Counted from the whole stretch's first letter, positions 1 through 12,794 are shown. The stretch: DNA of 61,441 nt, filler included, from Catajapyx aquilonaris (GCA_000934665.2; 3 parts of 3 records of this genome joined end to end with filler, not necessarily neighbours in it), one strand, 5' to 3'. Numbers and translations: made by a program. The notes: generated by a model not told the origin, from the sequence alone.

Positions 1-120
1 GAATGCCAGTAATGAGTACGACGTTGAACTTGGCCGTATTTCAGATCTCACCACTTTTGACGGCCAAGCAGTCAGGAGAACTTGGCATTTTTTTTTTACA
101 GAGGTTTTTGGTGGGATCTA

Positions 121-361
121 CTCTTTAGGGGGGAGGTTTGTTTTGCCTGGAACTGGCATTTTACTGTGCTCTTTGGGATAGGATAGGGACGGAAAGAAGT
201 GGCTGTGGCCTATTAATTACGGAAGCAACTCCGGAATTTTCCTGGAAGGACCGTGGGAAACCACAGAAAACCACGGTCAGAGTTGCCGGCACCGGGATTT
301 CATCCCAGGGCCTCCCGATTAGCAGTCGGACACCATATCCCCTCCTCCAAACTGCTTTGGT
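121..361 (-). mobile_element. tRNA-derived SINE, family 1
   Basis: Near-identical to 49364-49616 and to the reverse complement of 26137-26410; the tRNA-like head with Pol III A/B boxes lies at the 361 end. Confidence 0.85.
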
Positions 362-963
362 GTGTCAGTTTTATATGAATCACCCTGTATTTTAGTGAAG
401 GTTCTAGTTATATCAGAAGCAAAAGCAACACTCTGGTTTTTCGTATTAGTTGGCGGGAGCTGCACAAATTCAGGTTTGAAATGTGAATTTGCATTTTGTA
501 TGGAAGGCAACCAGAGTCACTGCAGAAAGATTTTGGAAGGTGCAGCAATTATTGTTCTTTACACTAATAGCAATAGGAGATTGCACCCTGTTTTTAGTTG
601 CATATTGTTAAGGAAAACTGATATTTAATACTACAAATATGTATTCACACATCACACCCACATGTGGCAGATAGCCTTGCAAATTGGCATGAGGGGCAAC
701 TATGAGTGACATGTCTAAATCATTAAATAATCAGTTTTTGTTAACAATATGTAGCTCTAAAATGTCTGTGCCACCTAAATTCTCAAGTGCTGTTTGCATG
801 GTTGTGAAATTACTTCAAATAGGCTTTAGGGTTCATGTTGAAAAGTTTGTGACACTGGTCCAGGGGGCAGTCAGTGGCAGCAACGATATATTCGGTACAG
901 GTCTACATTGCTGTCACAGATATTTCAGACATCTGCCACGCTACATTATGGTGTCACTTTCAG

Positions 964-1451
964 ATCTGGAGTACCGTTATGGCAGGAGTTGAGTGGAACA
1001 AGAAGGAGGAACTTGTAGCTGACCAAGCCCTGAAGCATTTGAAGCAGTATACTCCCCTTTTTGAAGCTTTTACCAAGAATGCTCGTTCAGAGCTGGCTCT
1101 GATCCTGAAGGTGCAGGACTACTGCTACGACAACATGAATTTCATGAAAGTGTTCCAGAAAATCGTGCTTCTCCTTTACAAGAGTAAGACCACTCTAGTC
1201 TTAACCAAAGTTCAGTGTCTGAACTTGTGTCTACTCTTTCAGCTGATGTTCTTTCTGAGGACATCATCATGAAGTGGTTCAAAGAGGCGCATTCCACCAA
1301 GGGAAAGTCTGTTTTTCTGGAACAGATGAAGAAGTTTGTTGAGTGGCTGCAGAGCGCAGAAGAAGGTGAGTGGTGAGCATCACATTTTTATCATGAAAAG
1401 TGACATTTCCGTTTCCTTGCAGAATCTGAGTCGGGGGAAGATGATGACTAA
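964..1451 (+). CDS. BZW: BZW/eIF5-mimic protein (krasavietz), last three coding exons 964-1183, 1243-1365, 1423-1451; 5' part lies outside the window
   Basis: The spliced product [29 protein letters not shown]...[75 protein letters not shown] is the W2-domain C-terminus of BZW1/2. GT-AG introns have consistent phases. Confidence 0.95.
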
Positions 1452-1522
1452 ACAATAACCTTGCTCAGGTATTCAGGTAAGTGTCAGTTTGCATATTTTC
1501 CCCATCGAGAGTAAGTGGTATA

Positions 1523-1898
1523 CAGGGTGTTTCTTACTAGTAGGTCAACCCTAAGTCAGCATATTCCTTGGGCAAAAATAAGTCAAAAATGTAGGGGAGA
1601 GAAATGTTGAGGGACCAACCGTTACAGAGATAGTCAATCAGAAACATTGACCAGTGGTCCTAGAGAGCAGGATATGAGTGGTGTTAATCACGTCTGTCAA
1701 AGAGAGGATCTCGCAAATCCAAACAGTCACAACTAGCACTTGCATATCCTGCTCCCTAGGCAACCACTGGCCAGTGTTTCTGGTCATCTACCTTGTTGCC
1801 TATTGGTCCCTCGACATTTCTCCCCCCTACATTTTCAACTGGTTTTGGCCCACAGAATACGCTGACGTTGGGTTGACCTACTAGTAAGAAACTCCCGG
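1523..1898. mobile_element. Tc1/mariner-type MITE
   Basis: TIR CAGGGTGTTTCTTACTAGTAGGTCAACCC ... GGGTTGACCTACTAGTAAGAAACTCCCGG, flanked by TA. Confidence 0.85.
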
Positions 1899-1960
1899 TA
1901 CAATGATGAGGTGACAATTACTCGGTATAATTTACCTTACCAGAAAAGTTGCCTGACTTA

Positions 1961-2076
1961 TGCCTGATTGCACCAACTGAATTACCGATTCGATAGCTTC
2001 TAACAGATCGTTAGGTAGCCCTTTTAACTAATGTGCTAATGGTCTGTTAGGAGTTATCGGTTGGTGCAATCAGGCA
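1961..2076. mobile_element. PIF/Harbinger (Tourist)-like palindromic MITE
   Basis: TGCCTGATTGCACCAAC ... GTTGGTGCAATCAGGCA, with TTA on both sides. Confidence 0.75.
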
Positions 2077-2803
2077 TTATTTTTCAACACAACTGAATTG
2101 ATTAGGAGAGTCAGTGTGACATATTTTCTGAGGGCATTGTTTTCAGCTAATGTAATGCTATTAATGCAGTATCATATTCCAACAATGAGAAAAAGTGCGC
2201 CGCCAGAAACTGACAAGCCATTTCTGGAAACATTTGGTGTAGGCTACACACAAAAGCAACTTGGTCACTCGGCCATAATGCAAAACAATCTGTGTCTGTC
2301 CATCACTGCGAATGGGTGGGGATGCCATCTTGCAACTGGTTGCCAGTTTTGTCAATACTGTAGTTCTTTCAAATGGTGGTGAAAAATGCCATATCTGCGA
2401 TATGTAGTAAGGTCACCTCCATTGTACTACTGCCACGGGAGTGCTGCCATTAGCACAAAATGGTTAAGCATATTTGTGAAGACTGGCATGTAACCTGTTC
2501 CTCCTCTGATGCATCTATTTCTGAATTTTTGCATGGAAAGACCGCTTGAACACTGCATATTCCTTGCCAAGTGGTGTTATTACCTGTCCTGTAGGTTTTC
2601 CACAATAGACTTTGGCTCATTTTTTAATAGGCTGCACCTTAGATGGATTTCCTAAAGCTTTGGTAAAAGAAATTTCCATTGGCGGGGATTTCAATTGATT
2701 TTTTTTTTTGTGTGTATATGTTACAATATATTGTAACAAATGTGGTGCATGGAGACCATAGGGTAAAGATGTGTCAACTAATGGATAAACCAATTAGGAG
2801 TAT

Positions 2804-3178
2804 AGGTACGTTCACACAGGCCCAAAAATTCCTAGGAAAGTGCCTGGAAAGTTGAATTGCAGGTTTTGTCACCCGTCCAAACGGGAAAGTACAAACTCAG
2901 AAAGTCTGGCCCAAGTTGGAGAAAGTAGGAATCTCGCTTGAACATGGAAAGTGGGGTCACGTGACTTCTGCACACATGCGCTTCAGGGGCCCATGCTGCC
3001 GTTCCCTCCACTCCACACACACGCCGGTGACGCCATCTGATGGCACACACCGGTAGTACTAACCAGGCTCGTGAGGACGACTGTCACTGGGAAGTTGGAA
3101 ATTACTTTGAATCTACGATTAGTGGAATCTACTTTCCAGGCACTTTCTTAGGAATTTCGCGCCCGTGTGAACGTACCT
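2804..3178. mobile_element. MITE with ~45-bp TIRs
   Basis: AGGTACGTTCACAC...AAAGTGCCTGGAAAGT is inverted as ACTTTCCAGGCACTTT...GTGTGAACGTACCT. Confidence 0.8.
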
Positions 3179-4057
3179 TATAATAGGATCATGTACAAAA
3201 CTGTCAAGGATGAAGTTTGTGTGCAGGCCCACCCCGCATCTGTTGGGCCTGCACCGGTTTTGTAGATAAGGCTATTTTCATTGGGATGGCAGAATTTGAA
3301 GACAATAATGACAACTTGACAATCGGAACACACAAGGTTCATTTATGACACCTTAGGCTAAACACCTTATTATACACCCCAGGTCCCTAGTTAGGCCCAT
3401 TGCAGGGGTTATTTCCCCCCAATTTTGAACAAAACCCTTTTACTGTAAGTATCGAAATTATTTTCGTACTTTGCTGAAGGGGCAGGCTCCCAAACCCTAA
3501 AGCAATTTAACATGTGAGTGATCAATAAGTGTAGAACAATGTTTCTTGAGGTGGCCTTATCTGGACCTATACCCTGTAGGTTTTCTCACCTTAGAATTCA
3601 GATTTGCTGTGAAAAATGCGAAAAGGGTCAAATACAACCTTAGCATTCCTGGATTATTCTCCTAGGTCCATTTGTCCCAAGGGGGTAACCACTTTGTGGA
3701 ACTGGTGTACAGGGGGAGTGGTTACCCCCTTTATTTGTCCCCATCCAATAAGCCTGAGGCACGCTTGCAGTTTAAGAGGGTTGCAATTCCTTCTTCTTAA
3801 GCTGGTCCAAAAGGTGTATGCTATTCTGTTGACATGTCGTGCTCCGCTCCTTTTTTGACTGTTCAGTGGTGGAAGTTAATAGAGAAGCACAAGTATCGCC
3901 TCCGGGTGGAGTTTTTCCTCTACCTGAAGCTGCTGCTTGTAGAGGAAAAACTCAGCACAGGAGGCGATACTTGAGCTTCTCCATTTATTTCCACCACTGT
4001 TCACCATGCTCTAACTTGGCCTAACAGGCACAGTGCTTTAAATGTAGGCAATGCTTC

Positions 4058-4337
4058 TTTTTTTTTTTACCCCGTGATAGAGCCAGTGGCTCTCTTAGGG
4101 GGGAAGGGGGTGGTTCCCTAGGGAGGGCGCTGAAATTTTTAGTCATTTCTGACTTGTGAAAATACACCAGGCCTTTTCTACTGGCCCTGGGCAGATAGGG
4201 AGTGTGAGTCTGCCCGGACATGTCGGGTGAAAAGCGGCAAAAGACCCGGCCAAGCAGAGGTGACGGGGACGGGATTTGAACCCCGGCCTCCCGCTTGGCT
4301 GGCCAACGACGTAACTGTTAGACCACCATGCCGCCCC
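4058..4337 (-). mobile_element. tRNA-derived SINE, family 3
   Basis: The minus-strand head GGGGCGGCATGGTGGTCTAACAG...GGTTCAAATCCC carries A/B boxes; it ends in a 3' hairpin and poly(A) tail at 4058-4068. Confidence 0.7.
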
Positions 4338-4614
4338 TAGATGTAGGCAATGCTATGGCTCAATTTGACTTGCTCTTATGACAATTTAGTGCAACATATT
4401 GGCCTGAATATGTTCCAAATCATCTAGTTTCATGTAGGCATTCTCAATGACTGCAAGGACTGGTTGTCATAGTTTAGTTATGTACAGGGAGAGGATACTC
4501 GGTACTGCTTCAGGAAGTCTGGGTTTCGGGGGAAAAATACGGCACAGGTAATTTTTGAATGGCAGTGAAATTGGAAGGTTGAGGAGTTTACATGCATATA
4601 TATGCATACATATA

Positions 4615-5161
4615 CAGGGTGTTTATTGTAACTCTGCAAAGACTGTCAGGGGTAATAGAGGGGACCAAGACAAGCATTTTCGACATAGGAACCCGTGTCC
4701 GGAAATGCCATCTAGAGGGGGTTCATAGACGAGGAACGGGTGCGCTCAAACGCGTCAGGCGAGAGGCGCTAGGCGAGCGGACTGTTTTGTTGATAGATGG
4801 CACTCGGATAGTAACCAACGATGCGATGTGTCATAACGTGGCAACAACAGAGCCATCTAGAAACTAAAGTCCGCCTCCTAGGAGACAGCGGTTCTGTTGT
4901 TGCCAGGTTATGGCGTATTGTGTTGGTGTTTACTTACAACGACGCGATACGCCATTACCTGGCAACAACTGCGCGCCATCTACCAACAAAACAGTCCTCT
5001 CACCTAGCACCTCTCGCGTGACGCGTCTGAGCGCACCCGTTCCTTGTCTATGAACCCCCTCTAGATGGCGTTTCCGGACACGGGTTCCTATGTCAAAAAT
5101 GCTCGTCTTGGTCCCCTCTAATACCCCTGAAAGTCTTTGCAGAGTTACAATAAACACCCTG
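4615..5161. mobile_element. Tc1/mariner-type foldback MITE (~240-bp TIRs)
   Basis: CAGGGTGTTTATTGTAACTCTGCAAAGAC ... GTCTTTGCAGAGTTACAATAAACACCCTG with TA flanks; mirror-image ORFs appear on both strands. Confidence 0.9.
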
Positions 5162-5599
5162 TATAGTATATAGGATTATATATATATATATATACACACA
5201 CATGACCAAATACAATGAATCTTCTGGTAACTGGTCAAGTCACACACAGAAAATAATGGGTGTGGTGATAATGAGATAAGTTTGAGGAGTGCACTTAGCA
5301 TATTTGACCAGCCATTTTAGATATTCTCATGTCATGATATACTGCCTTATGTACTTGCCCAACACCAATGAAGTTCACCTAGCACGAAAAACATCTGTCT
5401 GTCTCCGTTACGAATACAAATTACTTGAGAATGAATCATGTTTTAATTGCACAACTTATATGCCAATGAGTCACATGGAAGAGCAATTTTGGGGCGAGAT
5501 ATCAATGCATTTGTCAGTGGAACAAAAAGAACAGGACAGTATTTAGCGCGCTGGGGGCAGTAGAGTTCGCCGAAGCTCTAAACGCGCTACAAAGTTCCC

Positions 5600-6400
5600 C
5601 TAGAAGCAGGTGATATTTCCATGGGCAGCAATGACAGCCTCCACACAGCACGACATTGTGTTTAATGAGCTCTGGCACTCGGCTGTGATGCTATCCCTAA
5701 TCTCCCGTAGTTTTGCCCTCAGGGATGCCTTGGTGCAAGGGTGTTTCCTCCGACATACCTTCTTCATAATTTTCCATTCTGTCTTAAGTCGGATTGAGGT
5801 CCAGGCTGCTTGATGGCCACGTATGATGTCAATCCCCTTGTCTGCCAGCCACTTGCTTCCGCTGTTTTCGCATGATGCAAATTCCTGTTGAAATATTAAG
5901 TTGACATCCGGATGGACGGTTGCTACGGAGGGCACACACAGCGGATGGTCTCTCAAAATCTCCTGAAACATGGCTGTATCGCTGGTGCCAATGATGCCGT
6001 GAAAGTTGCCAAGGCCGACACTACCCATGCATCCCCACACCATAATGCTGTGTGCATGTTTGACGGTTCTGGTGAGACACTGGGATGGTACGCCTCTTCC
6101 TTTGTTTGCAGTACTCTATTATGGATGTCCCTGTACTGACTAATTCGTCACGAAACACGACAAATTCCACATCTGATGTGCCCAATGGTTCCATTCCTTC
6201 TCCCAAGCATGTATTTTGATTGTTGCAGTGCCATCAAGAGTGGTTTCTTCCTGGCCTATTGTCAAGAGGGCAGGTCCTGATTTCATGAATTTCCCGTTAG
6301 TCTTTGTGAAGTTACTCATAAATGTTCATCTTCATGGTCGACAGGTTGTTGTGGGGACCACCTTTTGGGTCACCTCCAACCATTTTTAAATTGTTGCTCG
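5600..6400 (-). pseudogene. Degenerate Tc1-family transposase relic
   Basis: MVWGCM...G...FQEILRDH...LIFQQ...KWL...WKIMKK...CEAVIAAHG-like motifs match the Tc1 DDE core; multiple frameshifts; boundaries approximate. Confidence 0.75.
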
Positions 6401-6916
6401 CTGCTCCTTTCATCATGTGACCACCTCCCAGCCAATCGTGTCCCACTTGGTTGGACTAGTTCAACTTTTCTCATGTACTTGCAGACAATCATGTCACACT
6501 TGGTCTAGGGATTGGGGGGGATTTGGGAGGCCTCATGCAAGAGAAAACTTGTTCTTGTGGACTGGGCTTTGTTGTGGGCTATGTAACTGCAAAATTACTA
6601 AGGTTTGTGGTCCACAGGCCAACGAACGTTATTGTGGTGTTGCCCAAGGTTTACTTAGGAGCCGTGGCGCTAGGGAAGGAACATTTATCACGTAGTCATA
6701 GTGCAGGCATTCATATCTACCATGCTCATCATTGCTCGCCACAAGGGCTTTTCTCTTTTTTCCCCCTCCCTTGTTTCTATCAATAGGTTTGTCGTGTTGC
6801 CAAGCTCAGCCACGACTTCCCAATTCCCTCCTACTGAGCAATTCATTTGCGTCGCGTAATCCAGATCTTCCATAAGAAATACCCTGTATTTAAACACGAT
6901 TGTTTGCTCCTTTCAG

Positions 6917-7040
6917 ATCGCAAGATGTGGTGATCATGTGGATGAAGATCAAGTATATCTTTGTAATTGGATTATTTTGTGGTTTGGTTTCTTTTAAACT
7001 TTGTTCTCTTGGTAATAAAAACATTTTTTCCATTGTACAA
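6917..7040 (+). other. Candidate non-coding terminal (3'-UTR) exon of BZW with poly(A) signal
   Basis: Acceptor TGTTTGCTCCTTTCAG ends at 6916, followed by U-rich sequence and AATAAA at 7014-7019; it could pair with donor CAG|GTAAGT at 1477. The pairing is inferred. Confidence 0.45.
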
Positions 7041-8328
7041 AGATATCTTTGTCTCTAGAAAGTGCTGGTGCCTTAAAGTCATAATTCTGGTAAAGGACCA
7101 ACGCAACTGGAAATCAGCATGATTTATGTTTGGAGGAGCCCCTTGGCAGTAATTTTTCCAAGCAAGGCATTTAGACGAGGAAACAAATTGTCGAGATACT
7201 AGGTCTTGTTTGAATCAACAAAATTCATCTCTAGGGACAAAGATGTTTGTGGCTTATGGTTACAAAGTGGTGTTGGTGTTCATGAAACTCATAAAGTTGC
7301 AGCCACAGATGTGTCAAGGACCTGGCTGCATCTCTAGGTCGGCGGTCACAGTGTAACCCCAAGTAGTAGTGGATTAGTCGTGAGCTCTGTGGAAGAAGAT
7401 GAATGGAAACACCTTTCCACTGCGCTAAATTCCCAGAGGATTTATCGTTTGTCATCATTTTTCAAGTACTCTCATTACGTTTTCATTGTTCTATTACAAC
7501 TGCGAAAGATTACTGTCAGTTATTTCTTTTGTGTGACATACGGTATAGGAAATGTAACGGTGAAGGGGGGGGGAAAAATATAGTGAAAAATCCAGATTTT
7601 TACTTTTTATAATGACTGTGACAATATTTGTGTATTACAAGCCTAGTGCCCAGTTACTCCAACCATTTTAACTGTCAGTTATGAGCTAGCTGTAGCATAG
7701 CACCGCTTGAATAATGGATTTTTTTCCCCCCCTCCAACACATGGCATTCAAATTGATTGATTAGTTTATTAACAGCCAAGTTCTATTGCTTAAGAAACTG
7801 GTTATCAGGTGGGTTGGTGGAAGAGAGGGAATTAACAATGCAACAGCAAAGTGCCAACAAATCACCCCTACCCTTTTACAACTTAATTTGTAGGTATCCA
7901 ATACAGAAAGTGCATTAGGTGATGATAATGGCTCTTTACAACCTTTGGATTTGTTAACAAAATTCTTAACTGACAGTGAGGAGGGTTGGTGGAACTGGCC
8001 CTGGGTGTCTGTATCATATAGTCCTTGGGAATAAAATGGGAGTGCAGTCTCAAAACCACCTGTGCCTTGCTTCTGTGAATTGCTGAAATGCCACGAAGTC
8101 CTTACAGTACAGTGTTGGATATTAATCGTGTTGTACTACTAGTGACAATTTCCAAAGCAGCAGAAGAACGAATCTTGGTCACAAGGCTTGCACTTTTCAT
8201 GGCTTCGATTCGTTTTTCTGCCGCTTCGGAAAATATCGCTAGCAGTACTACGCGATTAATGTCAACACTGTACTAGCTGCGGGACATGTTTTGTTGCATT
8301 TCATTCAGTTACAATCTGGGGCTAGTTA

Positions 8329-8556
8329 GGCCATTTTCACACGAGGCCACCACGGTAGCCCCGCCACATAAATTAGGTGGCACTGCTGGCCGCAAGGAAA
8401 GTCACGTCTCTTGTGAAAGGCTTCATATGATTCAATGCAAACACGTGGCGATGCGGTCAGCTGGCAGAGGCTGGCAGCGCCGAAAGTCACCCTGCCCACC
8501 ACCAGCAATGCAAAGACCTGACGGCGCTGCCATGGTGGCCTCGTGTGAAAATATCC
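8329..8556. mobile_element. Tourist-like MITE
   Basis: ATTTTCACACGAGGCCACCA ... TGGTGGCCTCGTGTGAAAAT, with TTA flanks. Confidence 0.75.
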
Positions 8557-9289
8557 TTAGAGCCAGGAAAATGTGAAGAACCTATGTGTGATCCACATCA
8601 TGAAAATTTGGCATCTAACCCATCACCATTTGACCCATGAGTTACTTCCGTCACCTCCCATCAGGAACATCTTTTGCAGAGAATGGGGTAGTGGGTCAAT
8701 TCCACACAACTTGCATTCAGTTTGTAATCAAGGTTGATCAAAAATGTTCTGGAAAGGCCTCAAAAATTGCAAACCCTTTCTGTCCTTGCATGGAAGAACA
8801 GTGGAGACATCAAAAAAATTATGCATGACTTTTCCACAGGACAACAATTACTCCTGCAATTTTGTGACGCATGCAAGAAAATGCTGCACAAAAAGATGAA
8901 ATCGGCTGTAACTTTGAAAAATCTGTGTACAGGGTGTAAATGAATTCCTATCAGATGCTCCTCGAGTTTGTGGAGGGGTCAGAGTATATCATGTTTAGCC
9001 TAAGAACCATGTCCAGAAATGCGTCATTTCTGTGTTATATAGCTGATAAGATTCAGATATGCCCCATAGATAGGGTAGGCAACCTGCAGGGTAAACAAGG
9101 AAAGGTAGGGAAGAGTGCGTGGACACCACTGAGTCACAGACCCTGATGATAACTTGATGTCACATGACCTGTGCACTCCAGCCTTGATGCACATGCTGCT
9201 CAGACCCGTCCTTCAATTGTCACTGAGTACATTTTTTTGTGCTACACTGTGCTAGAGCATGGCTAGAGCCCTTGGCTCTCTCTTTCTAT

Positions 9290-9608
9290 CTTTTTTTTTT
9301 GGGGNGGGGGGAACGGAACACCATATTTTCTTAAGAATTTCTTTGCATATTTACTTCCGTCTCTGGTGCAGGGAATCAAGGACGTTGGGCAAGGGTAGGG
9401 ATATTTGGGGAGGGAACGTGGGTGCAAGTGCAATGTCTGAAATGGGTCGTGTGCTGTTCCCCAGGAGGTTAGGTTGCCAGACATCTCCAAGGTGTGTGTC
9501 AGAGACCCTCCCAACGCATGTGAAAGGGAGCTCCCAGGCGGGGATCGAACCTGGGACCTTTCACTCAGCAAGCCGAGACGCTACCATCTCGGCCACCACA
9601 CCTCCCCA
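9290..9608 (-). mobile_element. tRNA(Ala)-like SINE, family 2
   Basis: Head GGGGAGGTGTGGTGGCCGAGATGGTAGCG...GGTTCGATCCCC; homologous to 56660-57056 and 31540-31660. Confidence 0.8.
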
Positions 9609-9692
9609 CAATTGAGTACATGTTTGCCATCATGTGTGCATTTGTCGAGTAGGCAGACATGATCATAATCTATGGTGATGCTCTGCGTAGTG

Positions 9693-10413
9693 CAGTGCTT
9701 CCCAAATTGTGGGTTGCGACGCCGTTTGAGGTCGCGAAAATATACGTTTGGGGTCGCGAGGGAGGGTAACCTTGAGGGTAACAAATTATTTTCACAAAAT
9801 GATGCTACCTTTCTTGAAAATCATGACCATAAGGTAAGGTCATTTCACTGTTTACCTGTCTTTTCATGTTGGTGGATCGAAATGTCCACATACAGGGGGT
9901 CGCAAATTTTACAAGACGATTTTTTGGGGTCTCCTACCTAGGGGCCTGTTTTTGCTCCCTCTCCAGGAAGATGGGAGAGGGGGCGTGGCCTCTACCCGAG
10001 CGTTTTTGGTGCCTCTCCAGAAAGTTGGAGAGGGGGGAAATGGGGGGTGAAGTGGACGGAGCTCTCCACAAAATCCCCAAAAGTGTCTTCTCTCCTCGGA
10101 GGTGGAAGAGACTTTCTGGAGAGGGGGCTGGAGCGGAGGGAGGGCGGGAAGCGGGTGAAGGTTTAAGAATTAAACCTCACCAAGGAATTGGTTGCGGAAT
10201 TAAACCTCCTTGGGCCCAGGGTCCTCGCCTCGCTCTCGTCTCAACTGTTTTGAGTGCTTTCTCCCCTAGCTACACCATTCCACCCGTTTTGGGGTTTAAT
10301 AGTGGAGAGGGGGGATGTGGGGGATATTCCGGAAGACCCGCCCTCTTCCACCTCTCCTCTCCATCTTCCTGGAGAGGGAGCAAAAACAGGCCCTAAGAAA
10401 TTGGGAAGCACTG
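9693..10413. mobile_element. hAT-like MITE containing a Tourist-like MITE (9942-10393)
   Basis: TIR CAGTGCTTCCCAA/TTGGGAAGCACTG with imperfect 8-bp TSD GCGTAGTG/GCATAATG; inner TIR GGGCCTGTTTTTGCTCCCTCTCCAGGAAGATGG and its complement. Confidence 0.75.
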
Positions 10414-11381
10414 GCATAATGGGAGGCTTGCTTGATGGAGGTTTGGAGGGAGATGTATTGGCCGAGGTGGTCCAGTGCCGTGGCCTCCCAAGATCACCTT
10501 ATCTAACTTGGCTTGATTTTTTCCTATGGGGCCACATGAAGAGTGTTGTGTACGAGACACTGGTCCAGTCGGAGGAAGGTCTGGTGGCATGAGTTCTGGT
10601 AGCAGCTCTAAGAGATCCAACTCATGCCAGATTTTTTTGGTACCAGAGCCTGCTTCACAGATGCCTGATCTGCAACAACGTTGCGTTGGTGGTCACCACT
10701 TTGAGCAGTTCTTGTAATGCATCATGAAATGACTGGCGTTAGGAGAAAATAATGAAATAAAACACACACAATTAAGAACGGGGACAAAAAGAAAACACAT
10801 TCACACGCACAAACCACCTGGGAACAAAAATGGGTGAGGCATGTCGCTCAGGTTTGTTGTACCTGCAGCAAACCGCTTGCTGATTTCATTTGAATCCCTA
10901 GGGACTGTGGCTATGTGGTGTCCGCACTCTTCCCTACCATGTCTTGCCTGCACTGCCGGGTTGTCTAAGGGGCGTAACCTGAGACATGATCAGATTTAAC
11001 ACAAAACTACGCATTTCCGGACGTGGGTTCTTATGCAAAATGTGATCTACTCTGACCCCTCTACAAGCTGTAGGAGTATCTGATAGGAATTCATTTACAT
11101 CCTGTATGTCAAGGAAATGTAATAAAATCGCACGGAATAGTTATGTCACATTTCTTTGCCCAGCAAAGAAAATCGACAGAAATACAAAACCAGCAGACGT
11201 GGCCAAAAGATGTCTTTTACTTTTATAATAATAAAGAAACACAGTATCTGGCAAGGCAATTGATTGCGCAGACAAATGAGGCAGACAATACACAGGGGAA
11301 AGGGTTTAATATTTACTGCAAAAAATACCCGAAAAAAATTATAGGAAAGATTCTCAGATTCTCCAGCATATAACCTTTGAA

Positions 11382-11634
11382 GGGCCTGTTTCACCGAGCT
11401 CGGTATATGATAAAACCAAGGTTCTTTCGAAAAATCCCTACATATTTGTATGGATTTTCCTAAAGAAACCTGGTTTTACGTACCTTATACCGAGCTCAGT
11501 GAGCCCTTAGGGCCGGTTTCACCGAGCTTGGTATATGATAAAACCAGGTTTCTTTAGGAAAATCCATACAAATGGATAGGGATTTTGAGAAATACCCTGG
11601 TTTTATCATATACTGAGCTCGGTGAAACCGGCCC
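11382..11634. mobile_element. Two adjacent copies of a ~125-bp palindromic Tourist-like MITE
   Basis: GGGCC(T/G)GTTTCACCGAGCT...AGCTCGGTGAAACCGGCCC units separated by, and followed by, TTA. Confidence 0.8.
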
Positions 11635-12794
11635 TTAGTGCACATTTTAAAACAGATGTTACTGGTATATTGTCAATAAAAGTAACTGGTAACCTCCGTT
11701 GCTCCGTATATGTCATGTGGAACACCTTTTTAGTTTTTATACTCAATCCGCATCAGACTATTTCTGATATCGCATGATATCGTACAGTAATTATAATTAC
11801 TGTACGTAGGCTACAATGTGCGACATATATGCTGCTACATGTTGCTAATAGCTTCGCCAACCAGCTGTGTAAGGCATGTATGTGGTGTACTGTAACTTAC
11901 ACGTATCTGCATGAAGTATAATCCGTATAGGTGACATCAAAAACGGGAGGGGAGTCAGATAAACCAGTGCTGCATTTGTCTCGTTTGTGCTGTCAGGTTC
12001 GTATTACCGGGGATAGGTCCACATTTGTCACAAGAAAAATACCATCTTGGTTTGGTCCAGGTGCAACAATCACGCTGACCTGCAGTGGGGTCAACGTGGC
12101 CTCAAACTCCAGTGGCTAGCCCAGAGGATGGGGGGGTCAAAGACTGCTCCCATTCCTCACTGGTCACTGGTATCGGATTCGTGCTACCCTGTATCGCCAT
12201 GGATTCGCCAGGTGCACCTACCACCTGAGTTTGGTACGTCTGCGATGCTCCGTTTGGCATACAGCGAGGCTCAGAGCAACAATGGCATAAGGGCCAAGTC
12301 ATTTTAGAGTGGACATGTTTTCCGATTCCATGGTTCAATTAAAGAAATCCAGAGGAATGTGCAGAACCTGTCCTAGGCGAATTATCAGTGTAAAGTTGGA
12401 AATGCCATTTATGGGTAATTCTTCAAAAACTTACCAATACCATGTCCCAGCATAATAACTCAAAAATGGCTTGACTGAGAGAGTTGATTTTTTAAACATT
12501 TGGAGAAGCAGTTGACACCTAGCCATCCCCATGAAAACAAAGAAAAATATTAAATTAAGTTTTACCGCAAAAAATGTCAAAGGGCCTAAAATCACTATTC
12601 TTGGCATGTCCCGATCTCATTTTAAAGCATGCTATATTTTCTTACAATTTTATTATTAACATTAGAGAAGTTTCAATACTATAATTAAATTGTACATAGT
12701 TGAAGGTATAAAACAACATTTTTAAAACAATTTATTCATTTGACATGACCTTGCTGCATCACTCCAAAGTGTGTCCCGAGTTTTCCAGAAAATG

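Larger units (their letters stand above)
8930..11104 (+). mobile_element. Deleted Tc1/mariner-superfamily element with transposase C-terminal relic (10440-10717) and nested insertions
   Basis: ~110-bp TIRs (CAGGGTGTAAATGAATTCCTATCAGAT / ATCTGATAGGAATTCATTTACATCCTG) with TA flanks; relic IGRGGPVPWPPRSPYLTWLDFFLWGHMKSVVY...GGHHFEQFL (frameshifted). Confidence 0.85.

Noticed and set aside
1901..1960. Possible box C/D snoRNA (ATGATGA ... CTGA) in the BZW 3'-UTR intron
   Set aside because: Only ~54 nt, no terminal stem or recognisable guide, and wedged between two MITEs.
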